From Azolla caroliniana (Eukaryota; Plantae; Polypodiophyta): a stretch of 64,000 nt of DNA. Where the stretch lies: NCBI GenBank assembly GCA_043228905.1, contig JBHGNT010000013.1, positions 14,074,001 through 14,138,000 on the forward strand, given 5' to 3'. This document shows, piece by piece, positions 11,535 to 24,885 of the stretch. The notes beneath the pieces were generated by a model. It made no database searches and was not told the DNA's origin. It worked only from the letters and a program-made list of their open reading frames with translations. How positions within the stretch are numbered: position 1 is the stretch's first letter; each line of letters opens with the position of its first letter. Both the position numbers and the translations under genes were made by a program.

Positions 11535-11794
11535 CCATGATAGACAGACGATCAACTTTAGGATTCGTCTTCTCCCTTGGCAGCGGAGCAATCTCTTAGA
11601 GCCGCAAAAAAGCAGTCGACAGTCGCACTGTCGAGCACAGAAGCCGAATAAAGGGGCGCGGTTGTCACCGCATGTGAAGTTGTTTGGCTGAAATGTATAT
11701 TAAAGGATTTGGGTGTTCCCATCACGGATCTAATTCTCCTATATTGCGACAACATGAGCAGTATTCATCTGGCTCAGAACCCCGTGTTCCATGT

Positions 11795-12640
11795 TGTGTG
11801 GTTTTCCATCGGGGTCTCGGAACAAGGAGCCGGAAGGTGAGAGCAGGAAGGTTGTCATGATCGGCGTCTAGATATCTTCTCTGGATTGGTGTCCAATCAC
11901 GTATGCGGTCTGAATCGGTTCCCAGATGTTGGTCAGTGAGCGCACGGGTTCAAAGATGTGTGTTGTTCCTTACCGGTCGTTGGATAACTACTTACAAGCA
12001 ACGAGCACACAGGGTGAAGACTCAAGTAAACGCGAGTGGTAGACGGACGCAGGATGGAGATGTGTACTCAACATAGAGAGAGCAAATGGATACAATGAAG
12101 ACGAAATAGATTAAGCAAGGAAGGAATACAACCGGACTTAGCCGGTGTCAGAGCCAAGCGCTCTCAAGACACACACACACACAGAAACAGAATGATGAAC
12201 CTCTGGTCGAGAGCTCACGGGCTTCCTGTGCGAGCAAAGGCTTCACCTTCTTCCTCCAATCATTACAAAACACAAGACAGAGAGAGGGAGAGAGCTTGGC
12301 ACTCAAACCGATAACACTCGTCTTCCAAATGGTGGATCCCCTCCTCCGTCTTTTCTCCTTCCTTTTATAGCTCAAGGAGGGAGAGAATGTTACATCAGGC
12401 TGTTAAGACAGTCGCTTTCAGTCCCTGATTTTTCTCCTCGATTCTCTCATACCATATCTCTAATTCTTCTTTGTACGTGTGGGGTGAAAAGTACTTTATT
12501 AAATCACATACGTAGTATTCAACACACATAAGTATTTACATATGTTTGTACATAAACACTAGTTCGTGTGCATCTGTGCACATCCGCGTTCACACGCATC
12601 CTGACCCTCTTTCTCATAGTAGTCGGAATCCTTCATGACA
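11795..12640 (-). mobile_element. Solo LTR 'V' related to the W/Y LTR family
   Basis: Splits the copia NPVFH|VHTKH motif. TSD ATGT/ACGT; ends TCCTTCATGACA. Shares the TTTTATAGC.CAAGGAGGGAG...GTTACATCA motif and (CA)n with the Y LTRs. Confidence 0.75.
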
Positions 12641-13814
12641 ACGTGCACACGAAGCATATCAAAGTGCACTATCACTTCATCCGAGAGTGCGTTCAGGTTG
12701 GAGATGTCAACCTGTTGCACATCAACACGAATCTTCAGGTTGCTGACATTTTCACAAAGTCCTTAGGAGTCAATAAGCTTGGGCAATTTTCATCTTCATT
12801 GCTAAACTTGAGGGGGAGTAGGACAACAGATGCCGAGTAAAACCCTTGAACGAAGAAGTCGCTACACGCAACCGAATAGCAATCGATCAGTTGATCAATG
12901 GACACAAATCGAACAAGGAGCCGAAACAATCGAAGTTGACCGATCATTCGGACACAGAGCCAAGAAACCCAGAAACCTGAAATGAGCCGAACAACAATAC
13001 AATCTCTTTGATGACAGGAAGTTGTGTTCGAAGGGGCATGTTGAGAATCAAACCCAACTTCCTGTTACTCCCTCCTAGAGAACACCTTCGATTACTGCTC
13101 GTGAGTAATCGGGTCAAGGAATCGTGGTGTGTAAGAGACTCGGGTCACAACATACTAATGAGCACTGCTCGTATCGTTTACAAAAGAATACGATGGACAT
13201 GCTGAGAAATTGGCTACAACCGATTCACACTTACGTCCTTAGACGGACCAAACGTTAAGTAGATATAGATATATGAGATGAGATAGACATAGAATTTGCC
13301 CACAAAGTATATATGTATACTTGATTACTTTAACATACAATTACAGATACAAGTACTGAGTAGAATCAGTCACTCTCACTCACTCTTTTCTAGTCTATAT
13401 CTAGGCTTAGTCTCCTCCAATAATGCCCTCCCCTTCTATGTTCATTTCTCCTCGATATATATAGCTTCCCTTTTGCTCGACGTTTACCACTCACTACTTC
13501 CTTATTTGGTTGTTAGTGCTTGGCTACTTTTGCTATGTTTCACACTTGTCCCATTGGGTGACACTTCCCCAATGAAGTGGCTTTCACACTAGCAAGTTAA
13601 CATACTAGGCTAGTGTTATAAATAGTCTAAAGGGCATTTGCCCTAGGCTAGTTAGTATTGAAACCAACCTTTTGTAACTTAGTTACTAGTTGGATGTAAT
13701 TTCATTTTTTACTAATATAACTTCTTGTTCTAATATCTCTCTCTCTCTCTCTCTCTCTATGTGATTGTCTTACGTACACACACACACACACAACTCACTA
13801 CCGCTGCACAACAT

Positions 13815-16025
13815 CACCTACACCCACGCTTCTTTACAGTATGGAATGGTCTTTTGGTACCAGATCCCTTTGTCAGACATGTACTCTTTGAAGCCTCAAG
13901 AGGTGTATTCACCTCCATTGTCGAATCAGAGTGTCTTCACTCTATATCATGATCGTTTCTCCACTTCAGTTATCCACCGAGTGAAGACCTTGAGCGCTTT
14001 GTCTTTCGACCTAATCGAGTAGACCCAAACCTTCCATGTACACTCATCTACAAATGTGATGAAGTATCAGGAGCCTCCTAGTGATCGCTCGGGCATAGGT
14101 CCACATATATCTATGTGCACGAGCTCTAGGGGTTGTCATACTGTCTCATAGTGGAGAGAGTGTGGACTTTGGGTATGTTTCTTGTAACGACAATGCTTGC
14201 AGAAGTCCACCTTTGACTGAAGCTTCGGGATGTAGCCGATCGCCATCAGCCAGTCCAGTCCGGCTTGAGACATATGGCCCAGTTTGGATCCTGCGATTCG
14301 ACTATGTTCACTACCCCTTCTAGACTAATCGCCATCAGTGGATATAAGTTATTGTACTTATATCCATTTCCGATTTTTAGATTTCCTCAGTTGATCATCC
14401 ATGTTAACTCACTGAGAGTTGTTCGATACTTGTCTTCGGCTATCATGCCGATGTAGACTAGACTCCTTTTGAGCTCGAGTACGTGCCAGACTTGGTGTAG
14501 AGTGATTGTATTGCCATTCGACAATTGGATGTTGGCCTCTCATATCCTTGTGATTGTGCACTCCTACATGTTGCCTAGTTGGACTGTGCCACCGACATCA
14601 GCCAAATAGTTTGAAAACCATTCGATATTCGGGGACATGTGAAATGTGGCACTGAAGTCTAGTAGCCACGTTTGTGCATATTGCGCACTATAAAGGACTT
14701 CTCCGATCATCAAGTCCTCTAGAGAGAGGATTTCTCCTAATCAAGAGTCGGCAACATTGATTTGGTTGCCAGGTAGAGAATGGTTCGAGTCGGATCGTCC
14801 TAGGTTCCGCTCGAATCGCCAACCACTCTTCTTCCTCTTGATCGACCAAAAGCCGGAAATGTTGTGAGCAGTTTTTCTACAATGTGTGCAGAAATCACTT
14901 GGTCGACTATTCCTAGACTTCAATCGTTGTCGGTCTCCCCTCTTTCTCGGTCGACTAGTATTCCGACCGGTTCTTCCGACTTATTCTCTCGATCAACTCG
15001 AACGAGTGGTGGGCTTCTACCGACTCGTCGATGGTGAGTCCCATCAATTTTCGTCGAATGTCCTTTGTGAGGGCTTGGCCGATTGTTTTGTCCACGTTCA
15101 ACCTAGGGCAACTATTGGCGAAAGTCCTATAGAATACCTCCCAACTCGCCGACAAGCTCGAAAGGAGGGCATGGGCCTTAATTTCTTCTTCGAAGTTGAT
15201 CCCTTGGGAAGAGAGTTCAAACAACAACCGACTGAAGGTGTTGGATCCATCTCTCTCAACTTCATGTTGAATAACTGTCGGATTAGAATCAACTTTGAAG
15301 AGGAGGACTTCTTCTCATATACAACCTGTAACTTCTCCCACAAAGAGAATGTTGTTGTCTCCTTAACCATCATGCTGAAATAAATGTTTTTGGCCAGATG
15401 CATCCGAATAGTGGAGCGTGTGATTTCATCCATGGATCTCCACTCTTCAACAGACATTGAAGTAGGCTTTTCGCTATGCTAGATGGCTTCAACTTGTCTT
15501 CGAATGATTAGCATGTATTGCATCATTTCTTTCCATAAGGTGAAGTTCTTTCCATCGAACTTCCGAATCTCCACATTTGTGTCGGATTGTGTCGCCATTT
15601 TTCTGGAAGATGAATGTCGTTGGCCTGTCGTTTCTTTCAACGTTTTCTACTTTTCGTTCTCGTTGAACAACAAGGTCGCTTTGATACCACTTAATGAGAA
15701 GTGTATGTATAGATATGCGAAAGAATGTGTGAGAACATGTGGAGCTATGCACAACAAACAACACAGATGCATGACAAGAGGAGAACAAACAAATAGACTC
15801 AGATTTGAGCTTCAATGGAATTTCTTCTTCTTCTGTCTCTCTGTAACTCTTACACTCCAAGACTCAAGAAGATTATAATTACAATGTTAGGGTTGAGCTT
15901 ATATACTCAAGCCCTAGCTAGAGGACGTGTTCACAATATGGATACAAAGTGGAAGGAGTTAGCATTTTATGCAACAATATCTAAGGCATTAGCTTCATTT
16001 GATGCAATGACATCTCCCATTGACA
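13815..16025 (-). mobile_element. Truncated Ty1/copia (Tnt1-like) element: LTR, PBS, gag, protease, start of integrase
   Basis: PBS TGGTATCAAAGC (tRNA-iMet type) at 15678-15689; gag IRKFDGKNFTLW and RQLFNMKL; CTHCRK..H knuckle; WLLDF protease; integrase DICGP, YFITFVD, DNGGEY. Probable LTR at ~15692-16025. Confidence 0.8.
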
Positions 16026-16170
16026 AATTTAATGGTGGCCTCTTGCACATATACATGCCTTGAGTAGAGTATGGTTGATCTTGTATCTCCATGACTCTTG
16101 CATAGTTTTGATCCACATCTATTAGCATCTAATTGTGTGAGATTAGCACTTTTCTACTCCATGTTATCAT

Positions 16171-16442
16171 CTAATTGAGTGAATTTACCCTATGGTTTTG
16201 TTAATCTTCAAGTGAGCCGGTGTGTGTGATGAAACGTCAAAGGAGTAATATAAGGGATGTAGTTTGTTTATGCAAAACCATGACACAATTTGGATTTGGA
16301 AAAAGCAATATTGACCTAATTGAGTGACTTTACCCTATGTAATATTCGAGCAAGTCAATGTGAGTGATGAAATGTCAAAAGAGTAATACAAGGGAGGTAA
16401 TTTGTTTATGGACGCCATTTGGATTTGCAAAGAGCAATATTG
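16171..16442. repeat. Diverged tandem duplication, ~140-bp unit x2
   Basis: CTAATTGAGTGA.TTTACCCTATG...GTGATGAAA.GTCAAA.GAGTAATA...ATTTGGATTTG..AA.AGCAATATTG occurs twice. Confidence 0.6.
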
Positions 16443-17989
16443 TCCTTGCTCGCCACATGCTTAGAGAATTTTGGACCCAAATTGGCATACCTATGTTGAG
16501 AAAGCTTCCATCTACTATGAGAGGAAGGAAAATAGCTTGATTGTAGCCTCTATATTACTCATTAATGGTGCAACCATCTTCACCCAAAAAAATATATTGG
16601 GGTATGGATGTTTTAACACGTATCATTTTATAGATAATGGACATATGAGGTCTTTCTACACATAACACATGTATGTATACATATTTACAATGACAATTTG
16701 AATTATGAACTCAAATATATGTTATATAATAGTTTAGGGGATCCCAAGAGTATCAACTATCTAAAAGTTTGGATGTGGCTATTAGAGCTATGTGAGATAT
16801 TCTCCTTAGTTTTCCCAATGATGCATACCCCATTGTAAGTGAAACATGTGCCACCTCTCTCGTGGAGAAGATAAGGAACATGGATACTAGAACATTCTTT
16901 CTTGTTCATCCCACCAACTCATGAATGTATGAAATCCACTCCCCTTAGTGTGGCCCAAAAGTTTCTCGACTCACTTAACCCCATCTAGTTTATGGCATCT
17001 TTACCCCAATATACCAAACAATGATGCCTTGTGGTTGGCCCGACATAATGACAAGTTAAGTGAACTACCCTCAATAGTTGTTGTAGACAATCAAAACAAA
17101 CTTATGCTCTACAAATGTTAGTGCACCATTGTAAGATACAAAACTTAAAGGCCACCATGACTTGAGCACTCAATTATTGCTTACTTTCAAGATAAGAAGA
17201 ATGAACACTTTATTACTTAATTCTAATTATTAGGAGTTGTGCAGTTTTTATCCATTACATGAAAAGACACTAATCACCAAACTATTGTAGTTTGGTCAAT
17301 GATGTTATGAACATGGCAAGTCACTCAATGTCATTGATTGACCACGATGACAACTAGAACAAATATGATTCTTTGTAGGTACTAGAGCCCAATTGTACCT
17401 TTGCATAACTAAAAGGGCAATGCCTTAGAGTGACAATTTGACTAGTAGAGAGCCCGAATGCTAGATGAATGATCAACTAATGGTATGCCCAAACTACACA
17501 TAAACTAATGCTAATTTTAAAAACACAATCATATAGACGATGAGTTGAACATATAAATGTCAGCGTGCAAGAAATCAATAGCAGTATGGACTTAAGAAAG
17601 GCGAAACAACATCAAACAACTATGCTCGCTCAACAATAAAACTAGCAGATGATCACGGAGGCAAATGGTTCGACATGGCATCTCGCTCTAAAACATATCA
17701 ATTATAGCCAAGCAAAACGAAAGTTTTCCATGTGGACTTTTCAATGCTATTTAAAGTCCTACTAGGTCCTTCATTTTCCTAATTTGCTGAGCGGGGATGT
17801 ATGGACGAAACCACAACACAGTAACCATGATACTTATCGAATCAGACACCCGAGGTTTCTTTTTTCCCCCTTAGAAAGGGCGTAATGTAGTCGGGACTGG
17901 ACCTCACTCGCCCACACCACACTACACACCCAACAGTCGAGTCGAGTCGAGTCGAGTCGACGAAGGACACGATCGGGAAACAACTTTAA

Positions 17990-18250
17990 GCTTCATAGAC
18001 ACTTAAGCGACAGTAGCATCTGGCTAGCGAGCGTCTCAACAACGATCCAATGGATGGATCGAGCCCCTCGGTTCTCGGTGTTCTCGGGGCGTGATTCGAT
18101 TGCATCGCCCAATCAATGCCTCTCTTCATGGTGATGGTGATGGTTGTGTTTCTTGTGTGTCAATTAGGTATGAAAGTTCCAAAGCTCTGATCTGCAGCTT
18201 GGCTCCTGGGAGACCCTTTCTCGAGCGAGACTTCTTTCACTCTCACCAAG
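17990..18250 (+). other. Probable non-coding first exon (5' UTR) of the FLX-WW-RRM gene
   Basis: GC- and pyrimidine-rich block ending in a strong donor AAG|GTAAGC at 18250/18251. The next coding exon has an acceptor (TTGTAG) directly before its ATG. The start coordinate is approximate. Confidence 0.45.
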
Positions 18251-20066
18251 GTAAGCTCCTCCCCCGTCTCTCTGCTTCTTCTCCTCCTCCTCCACTGTCG
18301 TGCTCTTTTGTTGTTTTCTTGTTTGAATCATTATTTCCTGCCTTGTTTCTGTATATAAACTTTTAGACCTCGGACACGCACACACACACACATGCTCTCC
18401 CATGGTGGGGGGTATCACCATTCCAAAAGTTACAAGCACAGTAGTTGTTGACATCCCTCAGCAGAAATCTTTGGCTTCGAGACATGGAAGATGAATGATT
18501 TCTGTTTAAGGCGAAGAATGAACAAGGGCTTTCTTTGGTACCATGATTTATCACATTCTTTTTTAATTCAGGAATTTTGTTTCGTGACATGTCAATGGGG
18601 AAACTGATGGAGGGGAACACAGCTGCAATTCTCAGTTGTATATGTGAATATATATGCACAAAGAAGATCAGAGAATGAAATACTATATTAAACTCTTCTT
18701 AGAGGCCAAAATTGGCATATGATTAACGAGACCCAGAAAACGTCATGTAATATCTGACCCATACATAAAGAAAATCTCATTGAGACGACTGTGCATTGTA
18801 ATTCCCTTATATAGAACAAGACTACCGAAGAATTTGTGTGAGATAAGAAACACTACAATCCAATATCACACCGGATTACACACATGGTAGCATGATCCCA
18901 AAATTTTAAGTTGGGCCTGTGCAGCATGGTGAACTTAATCCTTGTCAAAGAATACGGGGGATGATCCTGAATATGATTGAAGACTGACTGGATTTTAATA
19001 GAATATCTGATTCTTGATTTCCTCATAGAGCAACAGGCCATGTGCTGCGCAGATTACCATTGCTTCTAGAATTTCTCCTCAAGGTTAGCATGTACTTGTA
19101 TTGTTTGCTGTAGTTGGGATCTGGGGATAGTAGTGATATGTACTCAAGGGACAATGTCATAGAACTTGAAGAGACCAGGCAGGATGATAAGCAGTGAGGT
19201 AACATTCTATAATTCTTTCTTTTGGAGATGAGGAAATAGCTCTTAAGAAAACATTACACATTAAAAAACTAGCATTTTCTTGGGGATTGAAAATATAGCC
19301 GTGCCATTATTAATGAACTTCTCTTCGATTTAATGGTGATCTTGTCACCATCTTAGATCATATTTTCTAATGACTAGTTAATTTGACCTGCACTGATATC
19401 TTGTGTGTGGACACACACACACACACACACTTGTAGAGGTGGATGTACATAGAGGGGGTGAAATGATAATAAATAAGATAGATAGATAGATAGATGGATA
19501 TAGAAATAGATACATAGAGAGACATAGAAAGAAAGAAAGAAGAAAGATATATCAACATCTTTTAAAGAGGTCAGTAAGGCCTATAAGTCCAAACAAGAGA
19601 CTAAATCTTAAAATGTTCTCTCGTATTTGAGAACAAACCAAAATAAACATAACTAAGTAAATTCATGTGGTCCATAGTGAAAACAAAAATAAAGTCTGTA
19701 TCTTTCTTAAAGATCTATGATCACAATCTCAATGCCTATGGTAAAATGATTTTGGAATTAGTTTACAAGCATATGAAGTGCATAATTGATATGCATGGTT
19801 CAAGTAGTGGGGATTGGACATTGTATCTAAGGTTGGTTGGTGCGTTGCAATGAGGCTATGACAAACTCCAACAATTGCATATGGATCTCATCATGTGTAT
19901 TGAACGTGGTGAGCAATGATCTCCATGATTTGGTGATCATATGGCCCATGTGTTTTATACACTTGTATTCGCAGTCTCCATTGTCGTTGGCATTCCTTTG
20001 CTCTGTGGCACCTGCTAATATATAAAGGTGAATTCTGTATGCTTTTGAAGCTCAAGCAAGATCTGG

Positions 20067-20760
20067 CTACAGTGTTGTGTTCACATTGAGGGTGACATGC
20101 TTCTTTTTTATGACCTTATAGCTGGGTACCCACACATGAAATGATTCCTCACTTTCGATCTCCCCTTCACACAAATTACAAAATCTTTTGCCTCTAGGGA
20201 TGCAATGTTCTAGTCCCGTGTCGATCTTTAGTTGGCAGAGGAAGCTGAGTCGGCCTATCGCTTTGCGAGCACTACCTTGGCATTTGTATGAATCCATCAC
20301 CTGAGAAGCTCATCTTTTTAGTTGATCATCTTTGAGGAAGAGGTTCCACTGGTGTGATCCAAGTCTTTTGGGTATAGAGCTGCTATAGATTTTGTCACAA
20401 TACCTTGTTCCATTTATCAAAAGAGCGGCGAGTTTCAATTTTAAGGCCATTGTTGTAGAACTACTTCATCACTTGTGAGTAGGATGATCCTTTGCGTGTT
20501 CTATTGTTTCTATTTACATAGATGCTTCAAACGCCTTATGTGTGATTCTTTGAGGTTGGAATCTGGTTGATGAGTTTCACTGTCTAGAATAATGATTCTA
20601 CTATCATGGCGGCTGCTGTCAATTCAGTATGGATAATTTTGTGGGGTGGATGCTTTGCTATGTATCATCTCTGACATCATGACTAGTGGATACTCTATTT
20701 GCCTCCACATGTACATGGGGGGCCTAGATGAAAGAGCAATGTGATGGTATGGTCAGTTTC
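20067..20760 (-). mobile_element. Highly decayed non-LTR retrotransposon (LINE) 3' fragment
   Basis: LKIDTG...FCNLCEGEIESEE.FH C-terminal zinc-binding motif, similar to ORF 22902-23309. Confidence 0.5.
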
Positions 20761-22799
20761 TCCAAAACACCAAGGAGTGGGCTGCTGTGTGAGGAGAGAG
20801 AAAGTAGAGAAAACTGTGCAGAAAAATGAAGAGGAAACCCTAGCCGCAAAAAGTCCCTATCTCATTATGTGAGATTTGGGACAAATTCTTATTGATAAGT
20901 AACTTTTAGGTCATTTGGGCACATTCACACACAATCAATGTCCAAAAATTATGAAGACAATGTAAATGCCTATACCCTGCAAATTGGGGCCAAAAATATA
21001 GTAAAGATATGTCTAGAAAGTTCTTGAAGAGAGCTTTCACATGGAAGGGTCAAAATATACACAAAAAGAAAGTTTTTGGGGCAACATTAGAGCCCATTTG
21101 GCCAGACCATACATGAGGGTAGGGGTGGCCATTGTGTTGAATAGCCATACCTTGGTGTGTAAATGTGATTCCTAGATATATTTAGGAATCCACTTCTTCA
21201 ACATGCCCTCTAAAGGGAATCCAGCTTGTCTACGAGTTGTGCAGCTGTGTGGAGGATCATGGTTGTAATCTTTGCTAGGTTTACCATGAGCCCTTTATTG
21301 CCACAAAAACCAGCTAGGGCATTGAGATGGTGTTGTAGACCTGCATGAGATTCAGACACCATGATTATGTCATAAGTGCAAAAAAAGAATCTAGACAGAT
21401 GTACCTAATATGTTGATTCCTCTGCTGCCTCGACATGTGATGTCGTTTGCTACCTCATCAGTGGGCAGTTTGGACACTATAGGGGAGAATGGACATCCTT
21501 GCATCACCAGTGGTGCTTGTGATCACCTCTGTTAGCCCTTGTGGATACCTAACTCGTGCCAACACTTGCTCTTATAGTGCATATATCACCCACATAATGT
21601 CAGCGGAAATTTACAAAGCATCCATACAATTGCTTCTTTTATGACTTTTCTTGGTCCACAAAGCTTATATCCTAAGGATGTGATTGGTGGTAAGGAAGGC
21701 TCTCCAAATCCTCTCTGAGCCTGGGACTTGTATCTCTTCGACCTCAGTGTAAATGTTGAGTTTTGCTTCAAGTACCCTCAATACAGTTTGGTGATTGTGT
21801 GGCCAATCATGATAGTCTAACAGTTCTCTGGTTGGAGGGGGTTCCCCAACTTATGTACAAGCACAAATTACAATTCTGTGCATGGTCCATGTGCTGGTAA
21901 GGCCCTCTACTGAGATCCTGTTGAACATATGCGCAAGGGTAGGTGATTGTGTTTACTGCATATATGAGGTGCAGAAATATTATCTCCATGTTTTGCCAGT
22001 CATTTTGATGACATAAGTGCCAATCTTGGACACCTTTGCTTTAGGAGCTCCCAAATATGTTGGATACAGGTTATTGAGGCCATCTCTTTCAGATTGTATC
22101 ACCAGTGCTTTTCTCCTTATCATCTGGGCCCCCAAGTTCTTTCCAATAGAAAAGAATCAATGCTATGATTATATCAAACCCCCACAGAGTATTCATTGTT
22201 CGTGGAACACCAAGGGCTGCATCCATGGGGAATGGGAAAGTCTGGCAATTGTGACCTTCCATTTGGAGAGCCCAGGCCTTGTGAATATTAGTCCTAGGAA
22301 TGTGGAAGATTGCGTATATGCCACCTTTCCTCTCACAATAAGAATTCTGGTTCTGATGTTGCTACCCATGTTGGAATGTTGTTGAACACCACCACTTTAG
22401 TTCTAACAAGGTTTATTGACAAATCATTGTTTATGCAAAATGACTTCAAAGCATCTAGTTTTTTTGTAGCCCATCGAGAGGGTCAGTAATTCATTATGGT
22501 AATATAGCTATGGCTATGTCCTCCAAGCATGCTTGGAAACACCCTTTCTCTCTATGTAGTCAGATGGCTCATCTGTATAAAGACCAAAGAGAGTGTGCGT
22601 CCTTGTGTCACTCCAATCCTGGTAGTTACAACTTGCACATAATGTTTCTAATACGGATTCAAATGCTTTATAAAGAGAGAGATATTGATGTCTACTATCT
22701 TAATGCATGAAGTGATTTTACTAATGGTAATGATTCTTGAACTAGTTCAAGCATGAAGTGCATAGCTAATATGTATTGGATGAGGGGATACGATATCTG

Positions 22800-23810
22800 A
22801 TTAGAATTAGAATTAGAATTAGAATTTTTATCGTCCATAAAGAGGCCAATTTTGACCTATGGGACCAAAGTATACATGTGTTCTTGATATATGTCTCCTT
22901 CCTAAGAAGGGGTATTCATACGTTGAAGCACAAAGTCTCTATGTGTTAGTAAAGCATACACATATGAGCTCAACCTTCTAGGTGGTGTCTTAAGTATGGC
23001 ACTTAAGTTATCACTCCCTCTTAGTATGTCAGCATATCTTGAACGAATTGCACTATATGTCGAGCATGTGAAGAGCAAGTGACATTCATCCTCTACCATG
23101 CCTTCATTGCATACTTTACATGCCTTAAAATTCGTTACATTTTGATACCATGATGCAACTTCAATACCTAACTTTTGAGATCGAGTGCGAAGTAGTGTAA
23201 GGGCTCTACGAGCATTACTACTCATATTGGTAATGAGATAAGGTTGGATACGATCAATAGACATTCTTGCTTTATATTGAGACCAACATATCAGGGTTGA
23301 CATTTGCAATGTAGTATTCTAGCTTTGTTCTCTTAGCATCCTCCCACTTGATCCTTAATGATTCCACCAACCTTTCCTCAATCATTACATACTGCATAGC
23401 ATTGCCCGAAAGCTCTAAAAGATCATCCACACCCCATCTTCTAAACCATTTCCTTATGTCAACAAGCCAACCAGATGAGAGAATCTTACTTTTATGATTC
23501 TTTTGTAGCTTACATCCAACATTCCAAGCAAGATGTGGTAATCGATGATTCGGCATATTCTTGACTTTTGTAATGTATTTATAAGAGCATAACCTGGTAA
23601 GAGGTAGTGCATTTAACTCCTAATTGCCTCCTTAAAAACATCTTTTGAATTTTCTCAATCTCGTTCCATGCATTAAGAGAGATGGTGCCACCTGATACTT
23701 GTACTCCATAAAGCAATACTTGAGTTACCATGGCATTGAACAACATTAGTTTTACTTCTCATCCACAAGTATCACTTTGGTTGCATTGGTTCTCCAAAAG
23801 GTAATATGGA
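22800..23810 (-). mobile_element. 5'-truncated LINE (RTE-like) with (TTCTAA)n tail
   Basis: ORFs 22902-23309 and 23272-23556 carry LRTRSQKLGIE..W and CKVC...EDECHLLFTC. An (AATTAG)4 microsatellite tail lies at ~22800-22826. Confidence 0.7.
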
Positions 23811-24885
23811 AAAAATCCACTTGTACGTTTGCTCATGATCTCTAGCTAGCAGGAGGAAACTCTAAATTGGTTTATTGATTTGTGAGAACTATGTGGCATG
23901 TAGGTGTCAGTATACTTTGTTAGTATAAATCTCTCCTTTGAGAAGCTCATCAAATGAACTTTTTAGTGGGCCATCTTTGTTAAGATCTATTTGATGAAAT
24001 ATTATATTAACCTCTTCTAAAGGTCAAAGTCATCAATGAGACCAAAAGTGAGGAATTATGTCTACTTGAAGTCAAAATCACCCTGTGAGATAAATCATGA
24101 TTACAAATATGGATGGCTTCAGGTTATCCATCCCGAATAAAATAAACTCCAGGTTACGTAAAGATCTGTGATGATAATCTTACTGCAGGATGTGGCTTTC
24201 AATGGTACTGATTTTTGAGATGATTTTACAAGCATGAAGTGCATAAAATATTATGTATGGGATGAGTGGTGATGGCGGACATGCTGTTCAATAGTGATCG
24301 GTGCGGTAGACTTAGGCAATGATGAAGTATTACAATGCAAATATACACTCATATACAGACATTAAATCCAAATAATACTAACGAGCATGTTGGGGTTTCT
24401 ATAACTTTTTTCACAATGAGTTTATAGGCAAACTGAGTCAATTTGATTCTTGGTTTTATTTGAAGAGTATATATTTTTCTGTCTTTTGAATTATCCTCTT
24501 GTTTGCCCATTATGATTGTTTCTGAAATCTCTCATTTTCTTTCAGTAGTACTGCCTTATTACAAAATTATTGATGAACTTCGATTAGATTTGTTTGGGTT
24601 AATTATTTTTCTGGTTCTTCCATCATATGCCTTGCTTCCTATTGCAAATATACTCAAATACACACTTTCCAAGCCTTGAAAATGGCAGCAAATCTGGAGG
24701 ATGAGTTTACCTATCAGATATTGGTTCATGCTTGCCTGTGTCAATTAGCTTATATTTCTTCTTTCCTATGCCCCTTCATATTTTATAAATACTGCCATAC
24801 ACACTATATTAGCCTGGAAAATGTTTGCAAAATGGAGGTAGATAGCATCTTTCATTGATTCATGAATTTTCCCTATCAGTTGTAG

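Larger units (their letters stand above)
1446..12820 (+). mobile_element. Decayed Ty1/copia pol (RT-RNase H) host element, split into 1446-2589, 11543-11794 and 12641-~12820
   Basis: Copia motifs are present: WIYKVKY, LHQLDVKNAFLQG, IILYVDDL, GYSDAKWAG|DRRST.GFVF, KKQSTVALSSTEAE, NPVFH|HTKHI.VHYHFIRE, QVADIFTK. The pieces join once the nested inserts are removed. There are several stops and frameshifts, and a purine tract TTGAGGGGGAG at ~12808. Confidence 0.9.

Noticed and set aside
13039-13152. 3' LTR of the copia host (TGTTG...CAACA after a purine tract)
   Set aside because: Plausible but very short, and no partner LTR or TSD is in the window, so it was not called.
24165-24215. C/D box snoRNA (GTGATGA...CTGA) in the leader intron
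   Set aside because: The boxes are only ~40 nt apart and I recognise no rRNA-complementary guide.
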